From: an uncultured delta proteobacterium
GTDB taxonomy: Bacteria > Desulfobacterota > Desulfomonilia > Desulfomonilales > Desulfomonilaceae
DNA: 64,000 bases
Assembly (NCBI GenBank): GCA_963789265.1
Contig: CAWBKB010000001.1
Span: 64,001 to 128,000, forward strand
Direction: 5' to 3'
A program made the position numbers and the translations under genes. Positions 10,330-20,810 of this stretch are shown in pieces. Within the stretch, counting starts at the first letter, position 1. Every line of letters starts with the position of its first letter. The notes under the pieces were generated by a model, which saw only the letters and a program-made list of their open reading frames with translations, was not told the origin of the DNA and made no database searches.

Positions 10330-11880
10330 ATGTTCACTCTCGGTGATATCCCGCGACGAAGTGCTCGCCTATACGCTAACAAAGAAGCGCTGGTATTCGG
10401 AAACCATCGGCTTACCTTCGGTCAGTTTGACCAAAGAGTCAACCGCGCAGCCAACGCCCTTTTGAGTCTGAAATGCCAGAAAGGCCAGCGCATAGCCATT
10501 CTTTCGGAAAACAGCCACAAGTACCTTGAAGTCTATTTTGCCGCAGCCAAAGCGGGTCTCGTCGTAGTACCTTTGAACTTCAGGCTTTCCGCAAACGAGC
10601 TTCTTCAGATTGCCGGCGATTCCGAACCCGTCGTATTCCTGGCGGGCGAAGGCTACGAAAACATCGCATCGAGCATCGGGCGGCTATTACCGAGCATTCG
10701 CGTATGGATTGGTCTCGATAATCCGGTCGAAGGATGCTTCCTCTATGAAGACCTTTTGCAAGGTGCTTCTGATTCAGATCCTCGAATTTCGGTAGATGAG
10801 AATGAACTTGCAGTCTTGATGTACACCGGCGGAACCACCGGCCAACCCAAGGGGGTCATGCTCTCTCACAGAAACCTCCTCTCGGCAACTCTCGGAATGG
10901 CTCTGGGATTTCAGTTCAACGAATTTGACACTACTTGCATGTTTTTGCCTCTTTTTCACGCCTCAATCTGGCCGGTTTTCGTATGCATGATGGTCGGTGG
11001 AAGCGTCGTGTTGCTGAAGCGCCCTGACCTTGAAGTCATTCTTCAGGTTATTCAGGATGAAAAATGCACACATATGAATGCAGTTCCTACTGTCTATAAC
11101 TGGCTCATGGACTATCCTGGGCTGGACAATTACGACCTGTCGAGCCTTCGCCTCATTATTTATTCCGGCAGCCCGATGCCCCTGGAAATCCTCAGGCGGT
11201 GCATCAACAAGTTCGGCAACATTATGGCCCAAGGCTACGGGCTCACTGAAGCGGCTCCGCTTGTGACAATGCTCATGCCGCATGACCACGTTTTGGAAGG
11301 TCCCAGATCGAGGTTGTTAATGAGCGCCGGTAGAGAATCGGTACCGGTTGAGGCGAGTGTTGTAGGTGTGGATGGAAAACCTCTAAAGCCAGGCGAGGTC
11401 GGCGAAATAGCCGTCCGCGGGCCTAATATCACGACCGGGTACTGGAAGAACGAGAAGCTTACAAAAGACAAGATACGGGACGGATGGCTGCATACCGGTG
11501 ACGTGGGGAAGTTCGATGAAGAAGGATATCTCTATCTCATTGATCGCAAGGCCGACATGATCGTCACCGGCGGTGAAAACGTCTACCCCACGGAAACGGA
11601 AAATGTTCTCTACCAGCACCCGGCCGTCCACGAGTGCGTAGTTGTTTCGGCGCCCGACAACCGATGGGGGGAACGGGTTCAGGCGGTTGTGGTGTTGAAA
11701 GCTGGAGCCACCGCAAAAGAAGAGGAATTGATCGCCTTCAGCAAGGAAAGATTGGCTGGGTATAAATGCCCAAAGAGAATCGAATTCTGGGAGACGATTC
11801 CCAAGAGCCCTGTCGGCAAATTGCTTCGCAAAGATGTGAAAAGAGAGTTCTGGAAGGAGATGGAAAGAAGCATCAGTTAG
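10330..11880 (+). CDS. Acyl-CoA synthetase (AMP-forming)
   Basis: YTGGTTGQPKG, QGYGLTE, WLHTGD, GGENVYP, PKSPVGK; RBS ggagg. Confidence 0.93.
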   Translation: MFTLGDIPRRSARLYANKEALVFGNHRLTFGQFDQRVNRAANALLSLKCQKGQRIAILSENSHKYLEVYFAAAKAGLVVVPLNFRLSANELLQIAGDSEPVVFLAGEGYENIASSIGRLLPSIRVWIGLDNPVEGCFLYEDLLQGASDSDPRISVDENELAVLMYTGGTTGQPKGVMLSHRNLLSATLGMALGFQFNEFDTTCMFLPLFHASIWPVFVCMMVGGSVVLLKRPDLEVILQVIQDEKCTHMNAVPTVYNWLMDYPGLDNYDLSSLRLIIYSGSPMPLEILRRCINKFGNIMAQGYGLTEAAPLVTMLMPHDHVLEGPRSRLLMSAGRESVPVEASVVGVDGKPLKPGEVGEIAVRGPNITTGYWKNEKLTKDKIRDGWLHTGDVGKFDEEGYLYLIDRKADMIVTGGENVYPTETENVLYQHPAVHECVVVSAPDNRWGERVQAVVVLKAGATAKEEELIAFSKERLAGYKCPKRIEFWETIPKSPVGKLLRKDVKREFWKEMERSIS

Positions 11881-11915
11881 CAGAGAGAACGATTAGCCCA
11901 TGAAAGGAGACACGC

Positions 11916-13274
11916 ATGTCAAACAACAGCTTCACTCATTTGCTTAGCCCTATCAAGATAGGTCCGTTCGAGCTTAAAAACCGGATCGCACTTGCCCCGA
12001 TGAACGAGACTATGGCAGGCCTCAACGGGGAGTGCACGATGCAGGAAATCGCCTATTACGCTACCCGTGCAAAAGGGGGAGCCGCACTAGTAACCACCGG
12101 CGCCATTATGGCCACCAGGCTGGGATCACGGTTTGTGTGGGGACGCAACATGCACTGCTTTAATCCCGGCCACCTTCAAGGCTTGGGAATGCTGACCACG
12201 CACATTCATTATTTTGGGGGCCTTGCCAGTGCGCAGATGAGCATGGGGTTCGGCCGCCAGGGGCATTCATATGACGAGCATGAGCTTGCACCCGCTCCCA
12301 CGGCAGGGCTTCCCTATGAAGCAGCCATGAATACCCAGACAAAGGGGCTCGAGAAAATTTTTGCCAAAAATGAGAGGGCCCGTGGGTTCCTTGTAGGCCA
12401 GATGACGCGGGAGATGAGCATATCCGAGATCCGAAGCGAACAAAAGGAATACGCTCAAAGCTGCCAGCTTGCAGTTGTCGCGGGTTTCGACATGATCGAA
12501 ATCCATGGGCCCCACGGCTACCTCGAGCATGAGTTCCTCTCTCCCCTTTCTAATAAGAGAACCGACATGTACGGCGGGGAATGGAGGAACCGCAAGCGCC
12601 TCATCAACGATACGATGGAGCAGGTGCGCTATGCCTGTCCCGGCGTGGCCGTAGGAGTTCGTATTAGCGCAGAAGAGCACGTTGAGGGCGGTTTGACGCG
12701 CGAGGAAATGATCGATGTGGCCAAGGACCTGGAAGCCCGAGGCGCTGACTTTATAAGCCTCTCCGATGGCGGGGGTTATGAAGAGACATCTCACCTGGTG
12801 GGGACGGAAGAAGCTGCTGCACACATCCCCGATGCAGGTGCAGATTTCAAAAAGGCTTTGAAAATTCCGGTCATCGTTGCCTCCCAGCACGATCCGGTAA
12901 AGGCCGATGCAGATATCGCCACCGGCAAATTCGATGTGTCCGCCATGGCTCGACAGTTGTTTTGCGATCCGGAGTTTGCCAACAAGCTTATGCAGGGGCG
13001 TGCCGATGAAATCGTTCGTTGCAAGAGATGCAATATGTGCCTTATGCGGTGCCTTTCGGGCATTACTCCTGAATGTCCTCAAAATCCTTGGCTTGGCAGG
13101 GAATATGCCGACCCCGACTACGGCTTTGGAGCCCGCAAAAAAGGCGAGTCTATACTGATGAAGGGTATGCAGAACGCACCGATGCCCGCACTGGAAAGAC
13201 CGTGGTGGAAACCCGAGGTCCCGCTGCTTGAAGAACACTGGAGAGCTTTCCGGGGTCCCGGTCCAAGGCAATAG
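11916..13274 (+). CDS. NADH:flavin oxidoreductase (OYE-type barrel + Cys-rich Fe-S motif, no FAD domain)
   Basis: LKNRIALAPM, IEIHGPHGYL, NKRTDMYGG, CKRCNMCLMRC...C. Confidence 0.88.
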   Translation: MSNNSFTHLLSPIKIGPFELKNRIALAPMNETMAGLNGECTMQEIAYYATRAKGGAALVTTGAIMATRLGSRFVWGRNMHCFNPGHLQGLGMLTTHIHYFGGLASAQMSMGFGRQGHSYDEHELAPAPTAGLPYEAAMNTQTKGLEKIFAKNERARGFLVGQMTREMSISEIRSEQKEYAQSCQLAVVAGFDMIEIHGPHGYLEHEFLSPLSNKRTDMYGGEWRNRKRLINDTMEQVRYACPGVAVGVRISAEEHVEGGLTREEMIDVAKDLEARGADFISLSDGGGYEETSHLVGTEEAAAHIPDAGADFKKALKIPVIVASQHDPVKADADIATGKFDVSAMARQLFCDPEFANKLMQGRADEIVRCKRCNMCLMRCLSGITPECPQNPWLGREYADPDYGFGARKKGESILMKGMQNAPMPALERPWWKPEVPLLEEHWRAFRGPGPRQ

Positions 13275-13409
13275 TGGTTGAGTGTTTCGGTCCCCCTTCG
13301 CTGTTTCGCATGAGGGACCTGAGCACAATATTCCACTAAGCGCGACAGGAAGACGAGGCGAACTGGCAAGTTCATGTGGAGATTTGACCAAACAGTAGAG
13401 GAGCATCAA

Positions 13410-14423
13410 ATGACAATGGAGCTTAACCGGGATGACTTCTTCAAGATCGATCCGGAACCTCATTTGGTGGGAGATAGTGAGCCTTTCGAGTATTTTCCGG
13501 GTGTCAGACTGTGGTGGCACTCAATCGGAGCAATAACGCGGCCGATGATGCAGGGAATGCCAAAATCCTTTATGGAGACGCTTGAACCACACGAATTGAA
13601 GAAGAATGCCGATCCGGCCTCATTACTTAACGCCATGGACAAGTACGGGGTGGATATCGCCTGTCTATTGCCCGAATCCATGATGGACACAACGGGCTTT
13701 ACCGGTCGTTTTTGCAGTAACGGTGAAATGGCAAAGGTAGTCGAATCGAATCCCGACCGCTTCATGTATCAGCCTAACATCTCTCCCATCAAGTACAAGG
13801 GCGTCAAGAACACGATATGGGAACTCGAATACTGGGTAAAGGAGAAAGGCGCCAAGATCTTCAAGTACTACCCGCCCGAAGACACCCATATCAACGACCC
13901 TGACCTCTGGCCTTTCTACAAGAAGGCAGAGGAGTTGGATATCGTGCTGGATATACACACCGGCTTCGGCTGGTGTGCACCCGGAAAGTTCAACAACGGC
14001 CTTCCTGCCTACTTGGATGACGTGGCCCGCGACTTTCCGGAACTGAAAATCGTAGCCTTCCACATGGGATACCCTTATTGCGACGACCTCAACATGGTGG
14101 CAATGGCTCATAAGAATGTCTACGTCTGTATAAGCCTCGTCGTAACTTGGGCTCTTTCCTCTCCCCGTAAATTCGCCAAGATGCTCGGTGAGGCTATGCG
14201 ATGGGTAGGCCCCGACAAAATCATCTGGGGCAGCGACGATCCGGGGCTTCACATGCAGATGGCTTGCGCTGTCAGGGGCTTCAGGGATTTTGAGATACCG
14301 CAGGATTTGCAAGAGCAGTACGGCTATCCGGAGGTAACGGATGAAGATAAACGGAAAATTTTCGGTGAAAACCTTGGGAAACTTATGGGCATAGACACCT
14401 CGAAAAGAAGGGTTCCTGCATAA
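13410..14423 (+). CDS. Amidohydrolase_2 family protein
   Basis: AMDKYGVD, DIHTG, FPELKIVAFHMGYP, IIWGSDDP, IFGENL. Confidence 0.85.
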   Translation: MTMELNRDDFFKIDPEPHLVGDSEPFEYFPGVRLWWHSIGAITRPMMQGMPKSFMETLEPHELKKNADPASLLNAMDKYGVDIACLLPESMMDTTGFTGRFCSNGEMAKVVESNPDRFMYQPNISPIKYKGVKNTIWELEYWVKEKGAKIFKYYPPEDTHINDPDLWPFYKKAEELDIVLDIHTGFGWCAPGKFNNGLPAYLDDVARDFPELKIVAFHMGYPYCDDLNMVAMAHKNVYVCISLVVTWALSSPRKFAKMLGEAMRWVGPDKIIWGSDDPGLHMQMACAVRGFRDFEIPQDLQEQYGYPEVTDEDKRKIFGENLGKLMGIDTSKRRVPA

Positions 14424-14462
14424 CTACTACAGTGTGGACGAATTGAAGGGAGACATGAGGTC

Positions 14463-15666
14463 ATGTCCAAGGCGGAGTTTGCAATCATAGGCACGGGCGA
14501 AGTCCCCTGTGGCATATACCCGCACAGAAGTGAGTTCGAAATAGCGTACAGGGTTGCCAAGCTGGCTATAGAAGACGCTGGGATCGACAAGAACGAAGTC
14601 GGGGCGGTGCTCAATGCAGCCCATATCATGGGTTCGGAGTTCAACACGGAGGCATTCTTCGGGCGTCTCCCGGAAGCCATTGGGGCCAAAGGCTGCAAAA
14701 TTGTGGCCACTACGGTTTCCGGGGGCGGATCGAGCTTTTCCATAAGGAAGACGGCCGAAGGCATCCTACACTCCGGTGAGACCGATTACGTTCTGGTTAT
14801 ACATGCCCAGCGTTTTTCCCAGTTTCCGGTCAACGAGCAAATAAACTTCTTTGCCCATGCCGGCTCCGATTTGGAATGGGAAGTCCCTTATGGCATGACC
14901 TACAACGCCCTCTCCGCCATGATGACCCAAGGCTACATGGCCTATACCGGGACAACTCTTGAACAGGTGGCAAGCGTATGCGTGGCTTGCCGGAAATGGG
15001 CAAATCTGCAGCCTAATGCCATGTTCTGGGACAAGATCCTCACAGTTGAGGACGTGCTTAATAGCCGAATGGTTGCATACCCCTTGACTGCACTGATGTG
15101 CAACGTCCTGGCCGACGGTGGATGCGCATACATCATGACCACTGCAAAAAAAGCAAAAGAGGTCTGTTCCAGGCCCGTGGACGGTACTGGGGGAAGGCTC
15201 CGACTTCAGCCATCGCAGCATCATAAATCTCAAAACCAAAGACCTCGACAAAATGTATGAATTCTATGCCCCCATTGCCCAAAAGGCCTATGAGCGTGCT
15301 GGCCTTGGACCGAAGGATATGGATATATATGAAGTCTATGGCGCTTATCCTATCACCTCCCTGATGTTTTTGGACTCGCTGGGCATCGTGGAGCCGGGAA
15401 AGTCCGGCGCACTCGTGGAATCAGGTCAGACTAGCCCTGGCGGGAAGTATCCAACTTCCACCAACGGGGAGGCAATGAGCTTCGGCCATACCGGTACGGG
15501 AGTCGGTTTTTCGGTTTTCGTGGAAGGTGTTCGTCAGCTTCAGGGCAAAGCTGGAAAGGCACAGGTTGAGGGTGCCCGATTCCTTATAGAAAATTGTGGC
15601 GGCGGCGCTTTCATGGACGCTCACTTCACCATTCTGGGCACCGAAATCCCGAGTCCTGGACTTTGA
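14463..15666 (+). CDS. SCP2/Ltp2-type thiolase-fold protein (frameshift near 15180)
   Basis: AIIGTGE, NPNAM-like LQPNAM, PLTALMCNVLADGG, VLGEG, STNGEAMSFGH, VRQLQGKAG. Confidence 0.85.
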
Positions 15667-15696
15667 ATCCCAACTCCACACCCAAGGAGCAAGGCA

Positions 15697-16152
15697 ATGA
15701 ATATGAAAGACACTCTCAAGCAGAAGTTGGGATGCACAGACAAAGATTTCATAAAGCCCCTACCTATGCCGGCGCCCTGGTCAAAACCTTTTTGGGAGGC
15801 CGCCAGGCAGCACAAATTGGTCCTCAAGAAATGTAAAGACTGCGGGCATATCGATCATCCCCCTTATCTCTACTGTACGTCTTGCTCCAGTGAGAATTGC
15901 GAGTGGGTCGAAGCGTGTGGCAAGGCTACGCTCTATGCCTACGCTGTGAACCTCTATGGAGTTCCTTTCGCGTTTATAGAAGATCTTCCCTATGTGCTGG
16001 CTCTGGTCGATCTCCCGGAAGGGCCTCGCATGATCTCGAACATTGTCGGCTGCGACCACAAGGATCTCAAGAACGGTATGGAGCTGGAGGTGGTCTTCGA
16101 TGATGTTTCGCAGGAAGTCACGCTCCCTAAATGGAAACCAGTTTCGAAGTAA
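15697..16152 (+). CDS. DUF35 Zn-ribbon/OB-fold partner protein
   Basis: PFWEAA, CKDCG, CTSC, PYVLALVDLPEGPRMISNIV. Confidence 0.92.
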   Translation: MNMKDTLKQKLGCTDKDFIKPLPMPAPWSKPFWEAARQHKLVLKKCKDCGHIDHPPYLYCTSCSSENCEWVEACGKATLYAYAVNLYGVPFAFIEDLPYVLALVDLPEGPRMISNIVGCDHKDLKNGMELEVVFDDVSQEVTLPKWKPVSK

Positions 16153-16164
16153 GGGGATGCACGC

Positions 16165-16971
16165 ATGGCAAAGCAGTACGAAAGACTCCTCTGTGAGCGT
16201 AAAGGCGTTGGGAAAGAAGCGTTATGGATCACCCTGAACAATGAAGAAATGCGCAACGCACTCGACGCCACGATGCAGCGAGAGTTGCTCGATGTCCTTA
16301 ATGAAATCGCCTTCGATCATAGTATCCGCTGTGTGGTAATTACAGGCGCAGGTGAAAAAACATTCTGCAGCGGCGGAGATATCAACGCATTTCAAGCGAT
16401 GAATCACCTGACTGGGTACGACAACATACGCCAGAGAGGCAATGCCATTCAGCAGCTTCTCAGCAATATGGAAAAACCGGTAATAGCCGCGGTAAACGGC
16501 CATTGTTATGCGGGCGGGCTAGAACTCGCGCTCATGTGCGACTTCATCTACGCCACTGAAAAATCTACCTTCGGGCTCGTGGAGATAAACCTGGGGCTTC
16601 TTCCTGCCTGGGGCGGGACAGTAGGGCTGCCCAGGGCGGTTCCAATCCGGCGGGCGAAGGAAATGATCTTTCGTGGCGAAGTCATTGAAGCCCACGAAGC
16701 TCATAAATGGGGCTTAGTAAATCGGCTTTTTGCCTCTCGCGATGAAATGATGAAAGAAATCGAAAAGGTTGTCGAAGAGATCATATCCAAACCCGCGATG
16801 GCTTTACGGGTGGCGAAGGCTATCGTGAACACGTCTATGTCTTGCAGCAGCCCGGATGCCATCATGTCGATCGAAAGAGGCAATATCATGTGGTTGTGGT
16901 CGTCTGAAGATTTGCAGGAAGGAGTCGCTGCTTTTGTGGAGAAGCGGAAACCCCAATTCAAGGGGCGATAA
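16165..16971 (+). CDS. Enoyl-CoA hydratase/isomerase
   Basis: FCSGGD, AVNGHCYAGGLELALMCD, GLVEINLGLLP; both catalytic Glu present. Confidence 0.93.
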   Translation: MAKQYERLLCERKGVGKEALWITLNNEEMRNALDATMQRELLDVLNEIAFDHSIRCVVITGAGEKTFCSGGDINAFQAMNHLTGYDNIRQRGNAIQQLLSNMEKPVIAAVNGHCYAGGLELALMCDFIYATEKSTFGLVEINLGLLPAWGGTVGLPRAVPIRRAKEMIFRGEVIEAHEAHKWGLVNRLFASRDEMMKEIEKVVEEIISKPAMALRVAKAIVNTSMSCSSPDAIMSIERGNIMWLWSSEDLQEGVAAFVEKRKPQFKGR

Positions 16972-16982
16972 GGGAGTATTAA

Positions 16983-18146
16983 ATGGATTTCCAGTTCACG
17001 GATGAACAAAAACTTATTCGGGATACCTACCGCAAATTCCGCGAGAAGGAATTCACTCCGGACTATGTCCGATGGGTCGACGAAAACTGTGATTTTCTCC
17101 CGGAAGATATGCTGCAAAAGCTCGCCGAGCTTGGGACCATGGGCATCACGATCCCTCAGGAATATGGCGGCCTTGGCTTGGGAATGACCGAGTTCTGCAT
17201 CATCGCCGAGGAATTATCCATTGCCAGTCCGGCTATAGCGATGTGCGCACTCATTGGACTATCTTTCGGCGCTACGCCCCTACTGGGAATAGGCACTGAA
17301 GAGCAAAGGCGAGAGCACCTTCCGCGGATCGCTGCCGGAAAGGAAAAGTGGTCGTTATGCATGACCGAGCCCGACGGCGGCACCGACATTCTAGGGGCCA
17401 TAAAGACATCATCGGTTAAAGATAGCGGCAATTATGTCGTGAACGGAACCAAGATGTGGATATCAGGGGCGCATAAGGCCGATTACTTTATGACCCTCGT
17501 TATAACGGACAAAGCGGTTGAACGAAAAAAAGGACTCTCAGCCCTGATCATCGATGCAAGGAGCGAAGGGATCTCGATACGTCCCATCCAAAAGCTCGGT
17601 ATACATGGATGCGGCGTGAACGAGGTCCGCTTTGACGATGTGAGAGTGCCTGCTGAAAACCTGCTCGGAAAGGAAAACCGCGGTCGGTACCAATTGCTCG
17701 GGACCCTAAATCCGGAACGCATCTCCACGTCGCTTTTCTCACTGGGCATTGCAATGGCGGCGTTAAACTATGCCGTTCAATATTCTAAAGAGAGAACAGC
17801 CTTTGGGAAGACTATCGGCAGTTTTCAGATATTGCAGCATTACCTGGCCGATATCGCCATAGAGATCGAGAACGCACGCAACCTGATCTACAAGTGCGCA
17901 TGGCTGTGCGATACAGGGCAAAAATATGACGTGGAAGTAGCAATGGCCAAGATCGTGGCATGCCGCGCTTCCGAGCTGGCGGCTCTTCACGGAATGGAGA
18001 TCCTCGGGGGCTACGGTTTTGCCATGGAATACGACATGCAGAGATACTTCAGGGATTACAAGCAAATGAAATTTTCACCGATTTCCGACGAAATGGCCAG
18101 GAACTACATTGCGGAGGTCGGGTTTGGACTTCCCAGAAGTTTCTGA
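16983..18146 (+). CDS. Acyl-CoA dehydrogenase (BbsG/CaiA-like subgroup)
   Basis: TEPDGGTD, GTKMWIS, LNPERI, FGKTIGSFQ, GGYGF, SPISDE, GLPRSF. Confidence 0.9.
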   Translation: MDFQFTDEQKLIRDTYRKFREKEFTPDYVRWVDENCDFLPEDMLQKLAELGTMGITIPQEYGGLGLGMTEFCIIAEELSIASPAIAMCALIGLSFGATPLLGIGTEEQRREHLPRIAAGKEKWSLCMTEPDGGTDILGAIKTSSVKDSGNYVVNGTKMWISGAHKADYFMTLVITDKAVERKKGLSALIIDARSEGISIRPIQKLGIHGCGVNEVRFDDVRVPAENLLGKENRGRYQLLGTLNPERISTSLFSLGIAMAALNYAVQYSKERTAFGKTIGSFQILQHYLADIAIEIENARNLIYKCAWLCDTGQKYDVEVAMAKIVACRASELAALHGMEILGGYGFAMEYDMQRYFRDYKQMKFSPISDEMARNYIAEVGFGLPRSF

Positions 18147-18226
18147 CGAGCTATCGGACTCTGCCCGAAAACAAGACTGGTAGCTAGCCCGCTGGAGCGA
18201 CGCTGACCCTTGGAAAAGGAGAGTGC

Positions 18227-19087
18227 ATGGAAGGCCTGATCGGGACCATAGTAGATGCCTTGATGTTGTCGTCGATATACATCCTGGTGTCTGTGGGTTT
18301 CGCTCTTGTTCTTAGCATCATCGGCATCCTGAATTTCGCCCACGGCGCCCTGTACATGATCGGAGGTTATGTCTGCTACTGGCTGTCGGTGCAGTGTGGC
18401 CTGAATCAATGGCTGTCACTGCTTCTGTCCGCCTTGGTGCTCGGCCTGGCCGGCTTGTTCCTCGAGAGGTTTTGTTTTCGCCCCTTCGCCGGTGATCCTA
18501 ACCGCACGATAATTATGGCCATAGCCCTAATTCTGGTTCTGGAGACTACCATCAACGTGCTGGCCGGAGGCGTCACCAGGACCATATCACCATTTGTTCC
18601 CGGCCTATTGAAGGCAGGGGCTATATCGGTGAGTCTCGAAAGGGTGGCAACCATGATCATGGGCGGAGGCCTGTTGCTGGGCTTAACACTGTTCATAGAG
18701 AAGACTAAGACGGGTCAACAGATGCTGGCCGTGTCCCAGGACCCGGAAGGGGCAATTTTGCAAGGGATTCGCATCCATCGTGTTGCCGCATTGGCCGTTG
18801 CCATGAGTTGCGCTCTTGCCGCCCTTGCCGGATCTTTTATGGGGGCTATTTTCGATCTGAAGCCATTTATGGGTGGGCCAATGCTTGTAAAGGCGATTCA
18901 AGTGGTCGTCCTGAGTGGCGTGGGCAGCATAGGAGGCGTATTGGCAGGAGGATTGATCATCGGAACCATTGATACAGTGCTGCCTCTTTTCGCTGGCGGC
19001 GCTGTGACACAAGCAGTCGGGCTCGGCATCATCATTGTGCTCCTCCTTCTCAAACCTCAAGGGTTGTTTGGTCGCGAGGTGGCATAA
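18227..19087 (+). CDS. HAAT ABC transporter permease (LivH-like)
   Basis: ILNFAHGALYMIGGY, multiple TM segments, LKPQGLFG. Confidence 0.92.
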   Translation: MEGLIGTIVDALMLSSIYILVSVGFALVLSIIGILNFAHGALYMIGGYVCYWLSVQCGLNQWLSLLLSALVLGLAGLFLERFCFRPFAGDPNRTIIMAIALILVLETTINVLAGGVTRTISPFVPGLLKAGAISVSLERVATMIMGGGLLLGLTLFIEKTKTGQQMLAVSQDPEGAILQGIRIHRVAALAVAMSCALAALAGSFMGAIFDLKPFMGGPMLVKAIQVVVLSGVGSIGGVLAGGLIIGTIDTVLPLFAGGAVTQAVGLGIIIVLLLLKPQGLFGREVA

Positions 19088-19090
19088 ATT

Positions 19091-20059
19091 ATGGCCCCCA
19101 AGTGCCGCGGATTGATAAAGGTATCGATGGTTGTGGGCCTCGTGGCTGTCCTGGCCGCAATTCCACTCTTTGTCAAGTCTGTCTATTTCTTGCACATCAT
19201 TATTCTTGTCTACATCTATGTGATTGCCGCCAGCAGTCTCCGCACGATTGCGATTTCAGACCAACTGTCTCTGGGCCACGCCGGTTTCATGGGCATCGGA
19301 GCCTATACTTCGGCCGTATTGGCCAAGCAATTAGGCTGGACGCCGTGGCTCACCATGCCCTTGGCAGGGGTGGCTACGATGGTGGTGGCCATAATAGTCG
19401 GGTACCCGTTCTCGAGGTTGAGGACATTCTATTTCTCCATGGTGAGCCTCTTCTTCGGGATGGGTATTCTGGCTGTTAATACCATCTTCAGCAGATTCAC
19501 CGGGGGCTATTACGGTCTTGCCGGGATTCCTCCATTGTTCGTAGGATCAAAAGTACCTTTCTACTTCTTCTTCCTTGGGTTGATGGTCCTCAGTCTTCTT
19601 TTCCTTTACCGTTTCGAGTCTTGCCGGATAGGCACATGCCTCAAGGCCGTGGCGCAATCACACGAGGTGGCAGCCAGCGTAGGGATTGATGAATCCGGAT
19701 ACAGGGTGCTGGCCTTGGCCGTGGGCTGTTTCATTGTCGGACTGGCAGGCGCCGGATACGCTCATTATAACCTGGTGCTCTCCGAGAGTTCCTTTGATCT
19801 TCTGGCCAGCATCAATCTGATGGTCTACATGGTCGTCGGAGGAATTGGCAGCTTCGCCGGGCCGATCATAGGTGCGGCTGTCCTCGTAGTCGTCCCCGAG
19901 ATGTTTCGCGGGCTGAAAATGTTCACACCCTACGTATTCGCGGGCATCGTAATACTGACCATCTTCCTTATTCCGCATGGGCTTGTCGGCCTCTATGAGA
20001 AGATTGGTTTTCACTCCAAAGAGTCCGCTAACGAAGGCAGGAAGACCGGTGTTGCTTGA
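19091..20059 (+). CDS. HAAT ABC transporter permease (LivM-like)
   Basis: QLSLGHAGFMGIGAY, VGGIGSFAGPIIGA. Confidence 0.92.
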   Translation: MAPKCRGLIKVSMVVGLVAVLAAIPLFVKSVYFLHIIILVYIYVIAASSLRTIAISDQLSLGHAGFMGIGAYTSAVLAKQLGWTPWLTMPLAGVATMVVAIIVGYPFSRLRTFYFSMVSLFFGMGILAVNTIFSRFTGGYYGLAGIPPLFVGSKVPFYFFFLGLMVLSLLFLYRFESCRIGTCLKAVAQSHEVAASVGIDESGYRVLALAVGCFIVGLAGAGYAHYNLVLSESSFDLLASINLMVYMVVGGIGSFAGPIIGAAVLVVVPEMFRGLKMFTPYVFAGIVILTIFLIPHGLVGLYEKIGFHSKESANEGRKTGVA

Positions 20060-20810
20060 AATCAAGCGATTGACCAAGCTCTTCGGCGGATTGACCGCTG
20101 TGAGTAACCTCGACATGTACGTCGAGGAAGGGGAAATGGTTGGTATGATCGGCCCAAACGGCGCGGGAAAGAGTACCCTCTTCAACTTGATTACAGGCTT
20201 TATCCGTCCAACGACAGGAAGAGTGATCTTCGATGAGAAAGACATCACGAGTACAAAACCGCACAGGATCGCCCGGCTGGGCATAGGTCGTACTTTTCAA
20301 CTGAACCCGCTTTTCGGGGAGTTTACCGTTCTGCAAAACGTGATCGCTTCTTTCTACCTGCACCCGAAATCGAGTTGGCGTGCCGCGTTTTTCAATACTT
20401 CCACGTACCGTCGCAATGAACGCCGGATCGCAGCGGAGGCCCTCGCTATCCTGGACCTGCTTGGATTGGATAAGACGAAAGATGTACCGGCAAAGCATCT
20501 GCCCCACGGATACCAGAAGATGCTCGGCGTTGCCAGGGCATTGGCTACAAGACCGAAGCTGCTCTTGCTCGACGAACCCCTCGGCGGAATGAATCCCGCT
20601 GAAATAGAGTTCGCAATGGAGATAATCGACAAAACACGGCAGCAGGGGATAACGATCCTGCTGGTCGAGCACAATATGCAGATCATGGACATCGTCGATC
20701 GGGTCGTGGTCATAAACTTCGGCCGGAAGATCTGCGAAGGCACAATTGATGAGGTGAGAGAGAACGAGCAAGTCGTGGAGGCCTACTTTGGCACCGACCA
20801 CTCTGCTTAG
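20049..20810 (+). CDS. ABC ATPase (LivG-like)
   Basis: GPNGAGKST, RTFQ, LLLLDEP, VEH, EAYFG. Confidence 0.92.
   Translation: MLLEIKRLTKLFGGLTAVSNLDMYVEEGEMVGMIGPNGAGKSTLFNLITGFIRPTTGRVIFDEKDITSTKPHRIARLGIGRTFQLNPLFGEFTVLQNVIASFYLHPKSSWRAAFFNTSTYRRNERRIAAEALAILDLLGLDKTKDVPAKHLPHGYQKMLGVARALATRPKLLLLDEPLGGMNPAEIEFAMEIIDKTRQQGITILLVEHNMQIMDIVDRVVVINFGRKICEGTIDEVRENEQVVEAYFGTDHSA

Noticed and set aside
12267..13520. Long antisense ORFs (e.g. 12267-13520, 20028-20801, 37936-38661, 57141-57944)
   Set aside because: They are shadows of well-supported + strand genes and contain no recognisable motifs.
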